A stretch of 43,763 bases of DNA. It comes from Basidiobolus meristosporus CBS 931.73. Taxonomy: Eukaryota > Fungi > Basidiobolomycota. The stretch covers positions 1 through 43,763 of the forward strand of contig MCFE01000704.1 in assembly GCA_002104905.1 (NCBI GenBank). Reading direction: 5' to 3'. Shown in pieces: positions 1 through 12,912 of the stretch. Each line of letters opens with the position of its first letter. The stretch's first letter is position 1. Position numbers and translations under genes: made by a program. Below the pieces are notes generated by a model that was given only the letters and a program-made list of their open reading frames with translations, ran no database searches and was not told the DNA's origin.

Positions 1-274
1 AACAACATCCACGGATTTGCTCTAGCCACCAAGAGAGCGGGTTATTGAACAAAGTGCCACCAATACGTGGCCTGTTGAAGAACAGCTTCGGGTTGTACAA
101 TGCAGCTCCATTCCAAGAAGCAACGAACAAGGACTGCTAACCTGTCATGCCAAACAAGGATTGCTAACAAAGGATGGAGCAACAATAGGTCAGGTCTCAG
201 GCATATTTAACAACCACCAAGCCAATATAAGGGATCCATGGAGTAAACACTTTCCTCAACTCTTTGGCTCTTGG

Positions 275-649
275 ATGACAGGCTTCAGCAACTTTGTGAG
301 AGAGACGTTCAGGGTGGACCTGAAAGCAACCCACGACAACAGCGAACTCATATACCATTCTGCTCACTTCCGCACCATACACACCTGCAACGTATGTGGC
401 AAGAGGTACAAACACAAGAATTGCCTATTCAAGGTACGAGCATTCATGGCTTAGGGTTAGGGTTGTATGTCTCAGCCGTTGACCAGCGAATTCTAGCATT
501 TTTGGGAGCACCATGAGTCCTGGGAAACCTGCCTTCAATTCAACCTCACCAAACATCAGCAAGTGCAGATGATGGAGGCGGCTCAGATTTTAATGGACAT
601 GGTGACCCTACGAAGCCCGTGCCAAGCCCACCACCGTCCGAGCAGCTAG
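275..649 (+). CDS. C2H2 zinc-finger protein (fungal CxxCGKxYKHxxCLxKHxWEH / KHQQVQxxEAAQILM type); exons ~275-433 and 497-649; start uncertain (frame open from 161)
   Basis: Removing the 63-nt GTACGA...TTCTAG intron (434-496) restores HTCNVCGKRYKHKNCLFK|HFWEHHESWETCLQFNLTKHQQVQMMEAAQILMDM; stop TAG at 647-649. Confidence 0.8.
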
Positions 650-806
650 TGATGACCAGCATTTGTATCTTAACTATCACGTAGAGTAATGTTAATGTGT
701 TCCAACAAATCCAAATGCTGGAAGCAATAAATCCATCTACTGGAAATGGACATCCATCCATGAATAGTGTTAAGAACTGGTGGTTTATTCAAGTATGAAC
801 GAAAGC

Positions 807-1345
<539 letters not shown>

Positions 1346-1429
1346 TCAAGCCGCCACGGTGAGAGGAAGAGTTTCTTTCCGATGCCCAGTTCCCTTTATG
1401 TTCAATGCCTCAATTGTGTCGAATGGGAT

Positions 1430-1475
1430 GAAAAAAAATTCCCCTCACGTGACCTGACGGGCGGGGAGTTTTTTC
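1430..1475. promoter_or_regulatory. Bidirectional promoter element between RPS31 and PRE6: imperfect inverted repeat around a CACGTG E-box
   Basis: GAAAAAAAATTCCCC (1430-1444), CACGTG (1446-1451), GGGGAGTTTTTTC (1463-1475) in a 373-bp divergent spacer. Confidence 0.4.
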
Positions 1476-1682
1476 GCAGGGTGGTTGTTATGCAAGTTGG
1501 CACAATGCTTGGCCTAGAATAAGCAAGAAGTGGGATCGAGAAAAAGGAATTCCGTTTATCCATTACGCAATCGAGTGGAGGGGGTATGGTTGACATCAAA
1601 GTACAACGTAATCAAAAGTTTGAGGCCAAAGAGGTCAATATTATCAATCAAGTGAAGTGTGTGTTCGTTTCACATATCTTAA

Positions 1683-2884
<1,202 letters not shown>

Positions 2885-3029
2885 GTTTTTAATTCCCCTA
2901 ATTCTTCTCTAATCATACTTCCCCAACCATGATTTCGTCAGTTGTAAAATCTCAGGTTTTAAGTAAAGTCACATATGCCATCTTGGAACTAAATCGTATA
3001 ATACAAAAGAATGGTCGACATTGACTGCG

Positions 3030-4172
3030 TTAACTGCTGAAGCTAGCGGTGGGGTAGTCGAAGGAGTCCTTGACTTCCCAGTTGATTGTTCGACCCCCGA
3101 CCGAAAACTCCAGATCCTCCTTGGTGATGGAATCCCAATACTTGTAGACCATCATGACCCCCAGCAGGGTGCACAGTGCGCTGAAAAACAGCCCATCCAG
3201 GTAATGCTTGGCCATTTCGCATATCTGCTCGGAGAAGATTGTTTGCATGAGCTGGCCCAGCAGGAAGAATGCCAGCGCGAAGGTGATGTCTCCTGTGGGT
3301 GGGTTGCCATTGGTCAGTGTGCAGTCAACCAATGTGCGACGAATGTGAGTGTTACCCAAAGGCCATAGATTATCCAAATAACTAAATATCAGGATGACCT
3401 GCAGCACGAAATAAATCAGAATGCATGCTCCGTTGAGGATGAAGTAAATAGCCCACAATCCAGTTGGCCGCTCCGAACTTAGACCATCTGATATGTTATG
3501 AAAGGTTCCCAGGGACACGATGAACGCAATCAGTGCGATCCCTGCCGAAGACCCACGAATTCCCTATATTGGGTGATGGTGCTCAATCCCTCTTCTGAGA
3601 CGTACACTAGCGGATACACTTACCCATACCGTTAGGGCGGTTCCGTCTTCGATGAACTGGAACCCGATGAAGCCGTTAAGTAGCAGGGACCAGGAGGTTG
3701 CGCACATCAAGCTTGTATGAATTGCTGCAAACCACTTGAATTCAGTCCAGTCAATCGACTTACTAGCGTCGGAACATATGAAAACAACTTACTGGATATG
3801 CGCTTGAGGCAGTAGGGATTGCGCCGGAGATAAGCAACACCTCTAAGAAAGCTGTCACCAAATAGAAATATAGAAAGATCGAGATCTCCCTTCTGCCTAG
3901 AAGAGCGGTGTTAGTCTCTGCTTGAGAACTCTGCTACCAGGCCACTTGCCTACAGCAGTATATTTGACGTTCACGTGGTATATCATGATGCTGACCATGA
4001 CAAAAGCCACGATGTGAACTATACACGTTGCCGTCTCAAACATGAGCCCGCCAAATATCTCGATACTACGTGAGTAGCAGTTAGGCTGTAGACCGGTGGC
4101 ATTTACCCCTAGAACCGGACAAGGAATCAACGGGACCTGTCGACATACACTCTCGAAACTGATGAATTTCAT
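3030..4172 (-). CDS. CHS7: Chitin synthase export chaperone Chs7-like, paralog A (multi-exon)
   Basis: N-terminal CYSRSIEIFGG, YHVNVKYTAVG|RREISIF, and C-terminal [37 protein letters not shown], typical of Chs7/Chs3p-export family. Confidence 0.9.
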
Positions 4173-4426
4173 GATTGCTTTGGTCAAAGGAATGAAGTGC
4201 CAAGAGGTTTATTAAAGCAGTTGGTAGCAAGCCTGCTTCAAGAGGCTATCTGTACAACTGCCATGCAATGTAATGCGGAAAGACCAATCACGTACGATCG
4301 AATGAATCTCCTCCCTTACGAAAACCTCCTTCAATCATTACTTTCTGTTACATCTGCATGGGGTTTATTGTTCCAACGTTAGAGTATGGTTATTCGCGAT
4401 AGGTTAATTGCTGGTTATGGTGCGGC

Positions 4427-5585
4427 TTACTGCGAAAGATACCGGATCTCTATGTTATCGTCGCGGATGGTACCTCCCTTCTTGATCTCCCATCTGTTGG
4501 GCAGGCAGTCCACCGTGTATTCAAGGTCGTCACGGGTGATGGAGTCCCAGTACTTGTAGACCATCATGATGGCGAAGAGGGTTAGAAGCACGGCGCAAAA
4601 TAGCCCGTCGATGTAGTGAACGGCGAGGGAGCAGATGTTGGCGGAGAAACCCAACATCAATACCTGGCCCACCACGAACGATATCAGAGCAAGTATGATG
4701 TCGCCCAAGGGCCATTTATCAGACAACGTCTTGACCAGGATGACTTGCATGAGGAAATAAATCACAATCCCCGCCCCATTGAACAGGAAGTACACGATCC
4801 AGAGCAGTATAGGACTTTTGACCGAAAGCACCGAACCGGTGTCATTGAAGGTTAGTATTGCAATAAAAAATACCGTTAGCCATACGATGAAGGATGATAT
4901 ACGCATTGTCTAGAAGGGGCCTGTTTAATCGTGGGTTCAACCGTGAAAGCACTGGATTCCTACCCATAATGACCATCTCGTCCCATCCTCTGCAAATTGA
5001 AATCCGACAAATCCATTTAGTAGCAAGCACCAGATTGTGGTTGAAATCATCCCCACGTGAATTGCCGTAAACCACTAATGGAAAGCCATCGATTAAGGGA
5101 CTCTTCCACAAGGACCATGACTTAGTACAAATGCAAGCTTACTCGGTAAGCTGGGGAATCAATAGGAATCACGCCCACAATCAAAAACATCTCCAGCACT
5201 ACGGTAACGATGTAGAACCAGAAGAACGTTACCATCTCCTTGCGACCTTGTGGAAAGAGTTAAGACATGCATGGCCGTGACGCAACCATACTTACCGACA
5301 GCCGTGTATTTTGTTCGAATATGATGAAGCATTACCGAGGCCATTATCAGTGCCACAATGTACATTGCCAATGCACCTAATCACGAGTTACTTTAGCCAT
5401 GGTGATATGCACTCTATCTGAAGGAAGAAAAGCGTGCCTGGCTGGAACACCAGGAAATCCCCGAAAGAGACATTCCTCGAATAGCACTGGGGAATGGTTC
5501 TGGCGTTCTGGTCGGTGCCTACTAGGGGACACCACGTAAGAGACAGTGTGCGGCATACATAGTCGAAGGAGCCGAAATTGACCAT
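4427..5585 (-). CDS. CHS7: Chitin synthase export chaperone Chs7-like, paralog B (multi-exon)
   Basis: [12 protein letters not shown]...[53 protein letters not shown]; tandem with paralog A. Confidence 0.9.
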
Positions 5586-6428
5586 ACGATTCAAATGCAA
5601 GAGGGAGGATGTGGGCGCTTTGCTGAGAATAGAATAAAATACACGAAAAGGACCTGGCGACAATAAACGATCATATAAACCGCTTCATCTATTTAAGCTT
5701 CTGGAGTTGACTTCACAACCAGAAACCTTACAAAGCTTGCTGATTGATTGGCTGGGAGAGCGATGGATGATATTTATGTGACGATAAATTTTGCCAGTCC
5801 CAGCGACAATCAATACCAGGATCTAGGGTAACGAGCAAGCGATACACTACACCAACAAGACCATTCACTAATCTATTAATAGTATACCGCCTTGATATCA
5901 ATGACACGAGGGCCCAACCATCGAGGCCCGTCGCCTCGCTGCTCTCTCCTGTTGGTCAAGCGTCATGACTTGGCTGGTAAACAAGTTCCGAAGTTCTCGA
6001 TAGCGACCTACCGTTATATAGGCTTTTAACTGACATGGTGGAGGTGACTCAACTACCCCGAGCACTTTGGCACCTTTAGTCATCGATCAGCTGGTACCAC
6101 GACGATTAATCGATTCCGGGAGCTGATCTGCAAAACAATGAGCCTATCAGCCCTCCTTGATTTCGAGAACACTTTATCAAACATCGACACTTTCCAGAAC
6201 CATTAAATAACTTAATCTGGGATCACCAATTGTAGTGCATTAACCAGCTTAAACTTGGCAGAATATCAGGAGAGGGAAAAGCGGTCTCACATCTTGCATG
6301 GACACAGATAGCACGGGAGAGCACACAGGGCCAGTACCTTTATCCTCAGCTTGTGATGAGTCAGACACTCATCATGAGTTAAGTCTGACCACGGGCTGAA
6401 TGATTAACATCTTCGTGACACATAAGCA

Positions 6429-6591
6429 AATATACAGGGAATAAGTGAACTAGACAATATACAGGGAATAGTGAACTAGACAATATACAGGGAATAGTGA
6501 ACTAGACAATATACAGGGAATAGGTGAACTAGACAATATACAGGGAATTAGCGAACTGGATAATATACAGGGATTAAGCAGAATAGATAAT
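6429..6591. repeat. 26-27 bp minisatellite, ~6 copies (AATATACAGGGAATAGTGAACTAGAC)
   Basis: Directly abutting units, near-identical in the middle and decaying at the right end. Confidence 0.95.
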
Positions 6592-6709
6592 AATCAGCGT
6601 GGAATTGAATAGCTAAAATAGATTACACGTAAATTGACATAATTGGGAGGTAGTCCCGGCCGAAAATAGACCCGCATTACAATTCCCAGTATTTTAGGAA
6701 CCACATGGA

Positions 6710-6787
6710 CAAATCGATGTCCAGGAAAAAAAGGCGTGTTGAAAGATCCACAGGTGCAAATCGATCTCCTGGAAAAAAAAGCGTGTT
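6710..6787. repeat. Spaced ~31-bp imperfect direct repeat (CAAATCGATxTCCxGGAAAAAAAxGCGTGTT)
   Basis: Copies at 6710-6740 and 6757-6787 in the CHS7B/cyclin divergent spacer. Confidence 0.75.
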
Positions 6788-7074
6788 TAACGAGCGCTTG
6801 GGATTACGCGAATGAGTCATCTCCCATGTGCCTAATTAGTCGACAGATCTCAACCTTTACAGGAATATCTTCTGTCTGGGATTTATTTGAGAACGGTCAT
6901 GGGGTTGGTTTAAATATGCAATTTGAATAAAGTCTGCGATCATTCAGGGTGAGACTCGATACATTGTAGGGCGATGGGGGCGAATGGCAGCGAATGGGAG
7001 CATATGAGGGCGAGTGTGCGTCGAGTCTAGTCTTTCTCACACAAGGTAGAGCAATGGAAGCATGGAGATTACTC

Positions 7075-7114
7075 CATACAATCCCATACAATCGCATACA
7101 ATCCCATACAATCC
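7075..7114. repeat. 10-bp tandem repeat (CATACAATCC) x4
   Basis: Read directly; one unit ends in G. Confidence 0.9.
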
Positions 7115-7507
7115 TATCGCAGGTAGATGCTATTAATATTCATTTCTGCGCGATGGGTGAGCATGGAATTGGATTTTTATATTATGCGGCGGTTTGATTT
7201 ATTGTATCCATTGAGATAAACCCATGCCGGGCGTGATTGGCCGCAGCCCAGTTTGATACCTGGAACCCCAATATCATGTATCTTCCATTGTACATTCGAT
7301 TGACTGAATCGCAATATTAATAAATTCAATGATCTGGGATCCGGTGATAGCATAGATACACATCAATCTTAATGGAAAAATACTCACCAGCCGGTCGTAT
7401 ATAAGCTGATGGCATCATCTAACCATCAGGTCTTGTCAGTTCGTCCCGAACTCTTTACCAGATCTGACCCTTACGATTTTTAGAACATAGTCTTTAAGAG
7501 CTTCGTC

Positions 7508-8424
7508 ATGTTGACCTATCAAGCCCCGATACACTCGCATTTTCAATCTCATTTCTCGGCTTCCCAGCTGCCGTATTACGGGCAGGCTCCCATTCAATAC
7601 TTTCCCGCTTCCTACTATCCATACTCGTACCCAAAGAAACCCAGCCATTCCACAAATACACATGAATATATGGCAACGGATTTTGCTGATTTTGTGTCTC
7701 AAATGGCTGTCCAAATGTGGATCGGCGAGGTCTGCTTTTCTTTCTCCTCTCCCATAACCTTGACCGAGGTTCCAGAAAAGTTTAGAGAGTACACCAGAAA
7801 CACACTGAAAGCCATACAGCTCTCCAACTCTGTGTCCTTCGTTGCACTCAAGTACATCGAGCGTCTGCGAAAGTCTCGTGCTACCCTGCAAACTCCCCTG
7901 AAGGAGAACCCAGAGTATGTTCTTGCTGTTGCCATAATTCTGGCTGCCAAGTTTCTTGATGACTCCACCTACACAAGTAAAACTGGTCAGAGTTGTTGTG
8001 TATCCCCATCACTGAATTGAACAAGATGGAATTCGAGTTCCTCGATTCCATGAAGTACAGCCTTCACGTTACCGAAAAAGAGTACTTGGAATGGCTTCAG
8101 AATCTGATTCGGTTAGTAAGCCAACAATCGAATCGTAGCAGTCGGTTTGCGAGCCTACGGGCGAAGCAGAATCCCATCATGGGGGAGAAGCGTCTTCTCG
8201 AGGCATCGATGAATTCCTTTGCTAACATGGAGTACATGTATAGTTGCTACCATTATCCACCAGTGATCCACTGGTACCCTCATCCCAACACTCCTAAAGG
8301 AAGCCCCACCTACAGCCCGAGTTACTACGTTCCTCCTATGTACGGACACGCCGCCTACCCGTTCCCTGGCCAAGAGCACAACTACTCGATGCACCCCGCT
8401 TGTGGTTATGGATACGTATTATGA
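7508..8424 (+). CDS. Pho80/Pcl-like cyclin, interrupted by an apparent 1-nt frameshift at ~7984
   Basis: ALKYIERL...AIILAAKFLDDSTYTSK in one frame continues as WSELLCIPITELNKMEFEFLDSMKYSLHV in the -1 frame. Confidence 0.8.
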
Positions 8425-8998
8425 ACATATCCGAAGTTTTAATATTTCCTCCCTTAAATCTGCTTTACGCATGTTATATATATATATACCGGCTACCCAG
8501 CTTTCTCCACCCACTAGGCAACTCTGACATTATCCACCTGCCACCAACCTGCCAGGCACGCACATATCATTTTGCTTAACCCCCATACATCTCCATTCAT
8601 CAGTTCCCTTCCGTATTATCAGTTGTATAATTTCTTGTTAGATTAGAATCGCTTTTATTTTCTCCCTCCGAACCCGCATTTTTGGTAAGTATCCTTGACC
8701 CACCCCCACCCTGCACAGGCGCTCTGGCTGGTTTTTAATGACTCCCCAACTATTCCAAATCTTACTTTTGCTGCAGTTTTATCATTTACGTGAAGCTTTT
8801 TTTCTTTATCTATGATCTACTATGCTGGTCACTGTCTGAGTAATAAACAGAACGCTGTGAAAAGATTCTTGTTTGATTGGTACTTGCATGGTTGTCTGCT
8901 CACTGCGGCAAATCAAGTCAAGTGATAGTAATGGTGGAAGTGGATAGAGTGAATGTGATTTATTGAAGGAACAGTTTCTTTCAGAAGAATGAATATCC

Positions 8999-9412
8999 TT
9001 AAGCAGAGGCTTCTTCACTGGCGGTAGCGCGAGTGTAGATGAGTTGGGAGCCGTGGGTAGAGACCTTGTTGATCAAACCTTGAGATTCCAATTCACGGAG
9101 AGCGACACGGGCGAGGGAGCCGTTGATACGAAGACGGTCAACCAAGACAGAGGTGGTGATGAGCTTGTAGGTAGGAGCCTCCTTCATCAACTTGTCCAAA
9201 GTGGCTTGATCGAAAACAACCAAGTTGTTGGCCTTGTCCTTGACCTTTCCCTTGGACCACTTCTTCTTGGTCTTCTTTCCTCCAGAACTGGGCTTAGCAG
9301 GGGCGTCCTTCTTAGCCTACGGAGAGAAAGTCATGTTAGTGTGGGCTTCGTTGATGAGTGGGCGGTGTGGGTGGATGCGTGATTGCATAGAATCGATATC
9401 CGAACGTACCAT
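8999..9412 (-). CDS. RPS25: 40S ribosomal protein S25 (eS25); exon 1 is ATG only (9412-9410), exon 2 9316-8999
   Basis: M|[36 protein letters not shown]...[21 protein letters not shown]; intron 9317-9409 GTACGT...CGTAG. Confidence 0.97.
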
Positions 9413-9751
9413 GGTTACCCTTGATAAATGATAAAGAGAAAGAAACAAACATATGGTCAAGTGCCTTAAAAACTCCCCCGATTCTCCCAATTCCCATTGA
9501 CGGTGATTTCTTTTTAGTGCAAGGGAGTGGCTGAACCCCAGTAGAAAAAATTCGATCATCCGGAATCAACAGCCATGTTTGTCGACCATTCAGAGACCAC
9601 GATATTGATGGGAAATCTGACGTTTTAATGATAGCATTTAATAATACATTTGGTTGGACATATCTAACAGCATGAGTTTGCATGGTAGATCAATTGCTGG
9701 TGGGACGTTGATGGATTAAATTAACGGCGGGTTTACGCGGTGGGGGATGTG

Positions 9752-11934
9752 TTATGTACGGAGTTTTTCCATCTCCTGGGCCAGGTCGTTCAAGCTTTGC
9801 TTCAGCAGTCGGACATCGTCGAATCTCCGCTGCTTTGTTGCTTCATGAAGGAATCCCTGTACCTGGGTGTATTGCTCCTGCAGGACATCCAAAATCTCCG
9901 AATTCTTCCCTTTCTTTTGTCCTGCGTCGGGCTCGTTCTGTAGCTGGTCAAATGTGGTGGTGGTGATGCTGTGGGAGTCGTCCGAGTCTTTTTTGAATAG
10001 CTTGGGTAGCAATGAGAGGGAGAACATGTATGTTTGCAGGTATTGAGTGGCTGCCAGGTGAATGTTGCTCTGCAGCTGGCGTTCCCAGGGTGAGTTGGTG
10101 GCCAAACTGTTGATCTTTTTGCTGGTTTAAATTAATGCAGGTATTAGGCCTCATTCAACAAACATGGTGGATCCGCAGCTGTACCTTATGGTGTCAAATT
10201 GGGAAAAGCTGTCTAAAAGTCTTTTCCGGATTTGTGCAGCTTTTTGGAAATCCATGTGGGATTCAGTTAGTCCATTGATGCTCCTATGGATTGGTATAAT
10301 TGGTCGTTAGCTTGCACGCCTTCGATGTCTAGGAACCTTAGCATTTACCCCAATATCGAAATCATTTGGTTGAATTTAGGTAATGTGCGATCAATGATGG
10401 AGCGGTGTTTTGAGAGCGCCTAAGAGGTGTGTAAGTCACTTGGTGTTGGAGACAGGCTGGCGCCAGGCTTACCTGGTACAGCTCGATGACCGGTGAAATA
10501 GTTTGCGAATCGTCCATGTTCTCTTTTCGTCTATGAAAGGCGTTACTATATCGAATTATCATGTGACTACTTGCAGAGACCAGTACCTGGATATGGTGTT
10601 ACGGCAATCTCGACATGCTTTGATTCCTGCTTGCTTATTCTGTCCATAGGTGCCTTGTTAACGAACGACAGTTATTAGATGGTGCAAAGCCGGAAAAATA
10701 TCGGTGTTGTGTATACCCAGGGCGATGCTGCTTGTTAATGGGATGTTCGATGAACAGGTATCACTACCGCACACGACTCTTCCACACAGACGACAGTGAT
10801 GGCGTCTATTTCGGATCTTGCCAAACACGATTCTGTAACATAGCATCAGCTTTCAGTATATATCTATGAAATCGAAGAATACTCTGTACATACCCGCAAA
10901 ACGGACATTCTTTAATGGTGTTGTCTTCCTCCCATTTTACAATGGATTGCTCAGAGGCTAAAGACCCATACTGTTTAGTTGTTCCTCCCGGGAAGCTCAA
11001 TACACAGACCATGATACTTACATTTACGTTGAGGCTTTATTCTGGGGATGGAGTTGAAGAAACCAGGTCCAGATGGAGTTCCAGGGCTACTATAGGCTCT
11101 GGCAAGCTGGGAAGGGATCAGGTAAGTGACTAAAACGTTAATGTAGTCAAGGCAGAAGTCGGCTGTTTACCTTATCTAATCTCTTTTCTAAACGATTGCT
11201 TTCTAGGAGAACTTTATCAACGGTTTTGTTTCTTAATTTGATAAACATTTCGGTTCGATTGCGGCAGGCACCTATTTGTACCATTGAACTGTTAGCTCTC
11301 CGGTGTTGAATGTGATGAAAGGAACCCTTCGAGGCACGTCACCTTCATTGGCAGAATAACCCGTTCTGGCTGTATAACAATCTTCACATACTCTGTACCA
11401 ACGGCCATTTAGAGGGTCGTGCTCGGCCGAAATGTTGAGCCTCATCTGGTACTGTGTGTGGAAATTACAGAATAATTTCCCACATCTGAGATCTGGATTA
11501 GTCCCAACCACTTGAAATACCTATCGGCCTTCGCTCACTTACTTTCTGCAGTTCTCTTTTCCATTTTTGAGGTTCAAGGGTTTATTACACTCGACGTGGC
11601 TACAGACATCGTTGTTCCTTTCTCTCTGCCAATGGTCTCGCGTTATGTTCTCTTGGAATTGGGGCTCGTTTAATTCCAGTTCGTTCAGCCTGCTACGTGC
11701 GATTTTTGGGAGCGTGGCCGCTTTCGACAAAGGATTTAGAACCCGTTTTTGCGCGTTTTTAAGCCAACTCACGATGGCTTGGGTGGAGTCATCATTCGAA
11801 TGCTCACTATCTAGATGTTCGTTGAGACGGTACAATGATGGCATTGGACATTCGCATATTGGGCATGAGATTGGTACATCCTCTGCTGCAGCAAAGTTAT
11901 GAAACTCTGAAGAAGGATTAGCTCCTGTGTCCAT
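9752..11934 (-). CDS. PEP7: Pep7/Vac1/rabenosyn-5-like FYVE endosomal tethering protein (multi-exon)
   Basis: N-terminal C2H2 (CPICECPMPSLYRLNEHLDSEH), FYVE fragments (ENCRK|CGKLFC..H..Y; CPFC; RHHCRLCGRVVC), C-terminal Rbsn-like EATKQRRFDDVRLLKQSLNDL. Confidence 0.88.
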
Positions 11935-12876
11935 ACTCTCTGAGAATACAAGGGAAAGTTGACTAGAAGCTTGAAGCCAAGTGTAATAAGTGTAATAGCG
12001 ACATTATCAAAATCATCAGTCAAATGTAAGGTTGATTATTGGCACATCGAGTCGGCTTTTGATCTGGATAAATATTAAGCAAGTAATTCCATATGAAGCA
12101 AGTCAAATACGTGATAAGGGGAAATGAACTTAACATGAATGGTTGAACTTGAATATAGAAGCAGTACCTATGCAGGAACCAGATGATGTTTGCTTTGGCT
12201 GTTGTGCATCTAGAGCTTCATCACAGCTTAACGGGATGTGAAATAAAACACGTTTGAACCACACAAAGTCCATCCCTGATCAGCGCGCCTTCACTCGCCA
12301 TTACAGAAGTGATTGCCTACTCAAAATAATTTCACAGGCAAGAACCCTTATGGTTGCATCGATCAGGAACATGGAGGCTAGTCACATCGTAGCTTAAGCA
12401 TTCTATGTGGTTGTAGCTCCAGTATTGCCAGAATACCAGTGGCAGAGATTGACCCATTCACTCTAAAGGGTGTTGGGAAGGATAGAAAAATATCCATTTC
12501 AGGAATGGATTGATCATCAACGAAATTGAGAGGCCAAGGTTAACAGGAATGCTGTCTACTAGACTGGAAATATAAGATGCGTCAACCCATGACTCCAGTG
12601 GTACGAAGATACTCCTTTCCAAGCTTTGCACACTTGATATATGTTAGTATTGATTTCAAATATTCCGGTAGCAACCTGCTTAGTTAGGAAGTTACTCAGA
12701 AACCAATCCAATGATTCCTTCCAATGTTAATTTTGTGTCGATCGCCATCTGAGGCAATTGGGTGGATGGTGAAATCCATACATGCTATTCAACGTTTAGT
12801 TTATATATGCATACACGGATTTTACCTCGAATGTAGTTTATTTAAATCAATTCAAAAACCAAGACATCAGCATGTA

Positions 12877-12878
<2 letters not shown>

Positions 12879-12904
<26 letters not shown>
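12879..12904. repeat. (CA)13 microsatellite
   Basis: Read directly. Confidence 0.95.

Positions 12905-12912
<8 letters not shown>

Noticed and set aside
5898-6083. 61-aa minus-strand ORF
   Set aside because: No recognisable motif, and the nearest upstream acceptor gives stops in all three frames.
6429-6591. 26-bp repeats as a CRISPR array
   Set aside because: Units abut with no unique spacers, no cas genes, and the context is eukaryotic.
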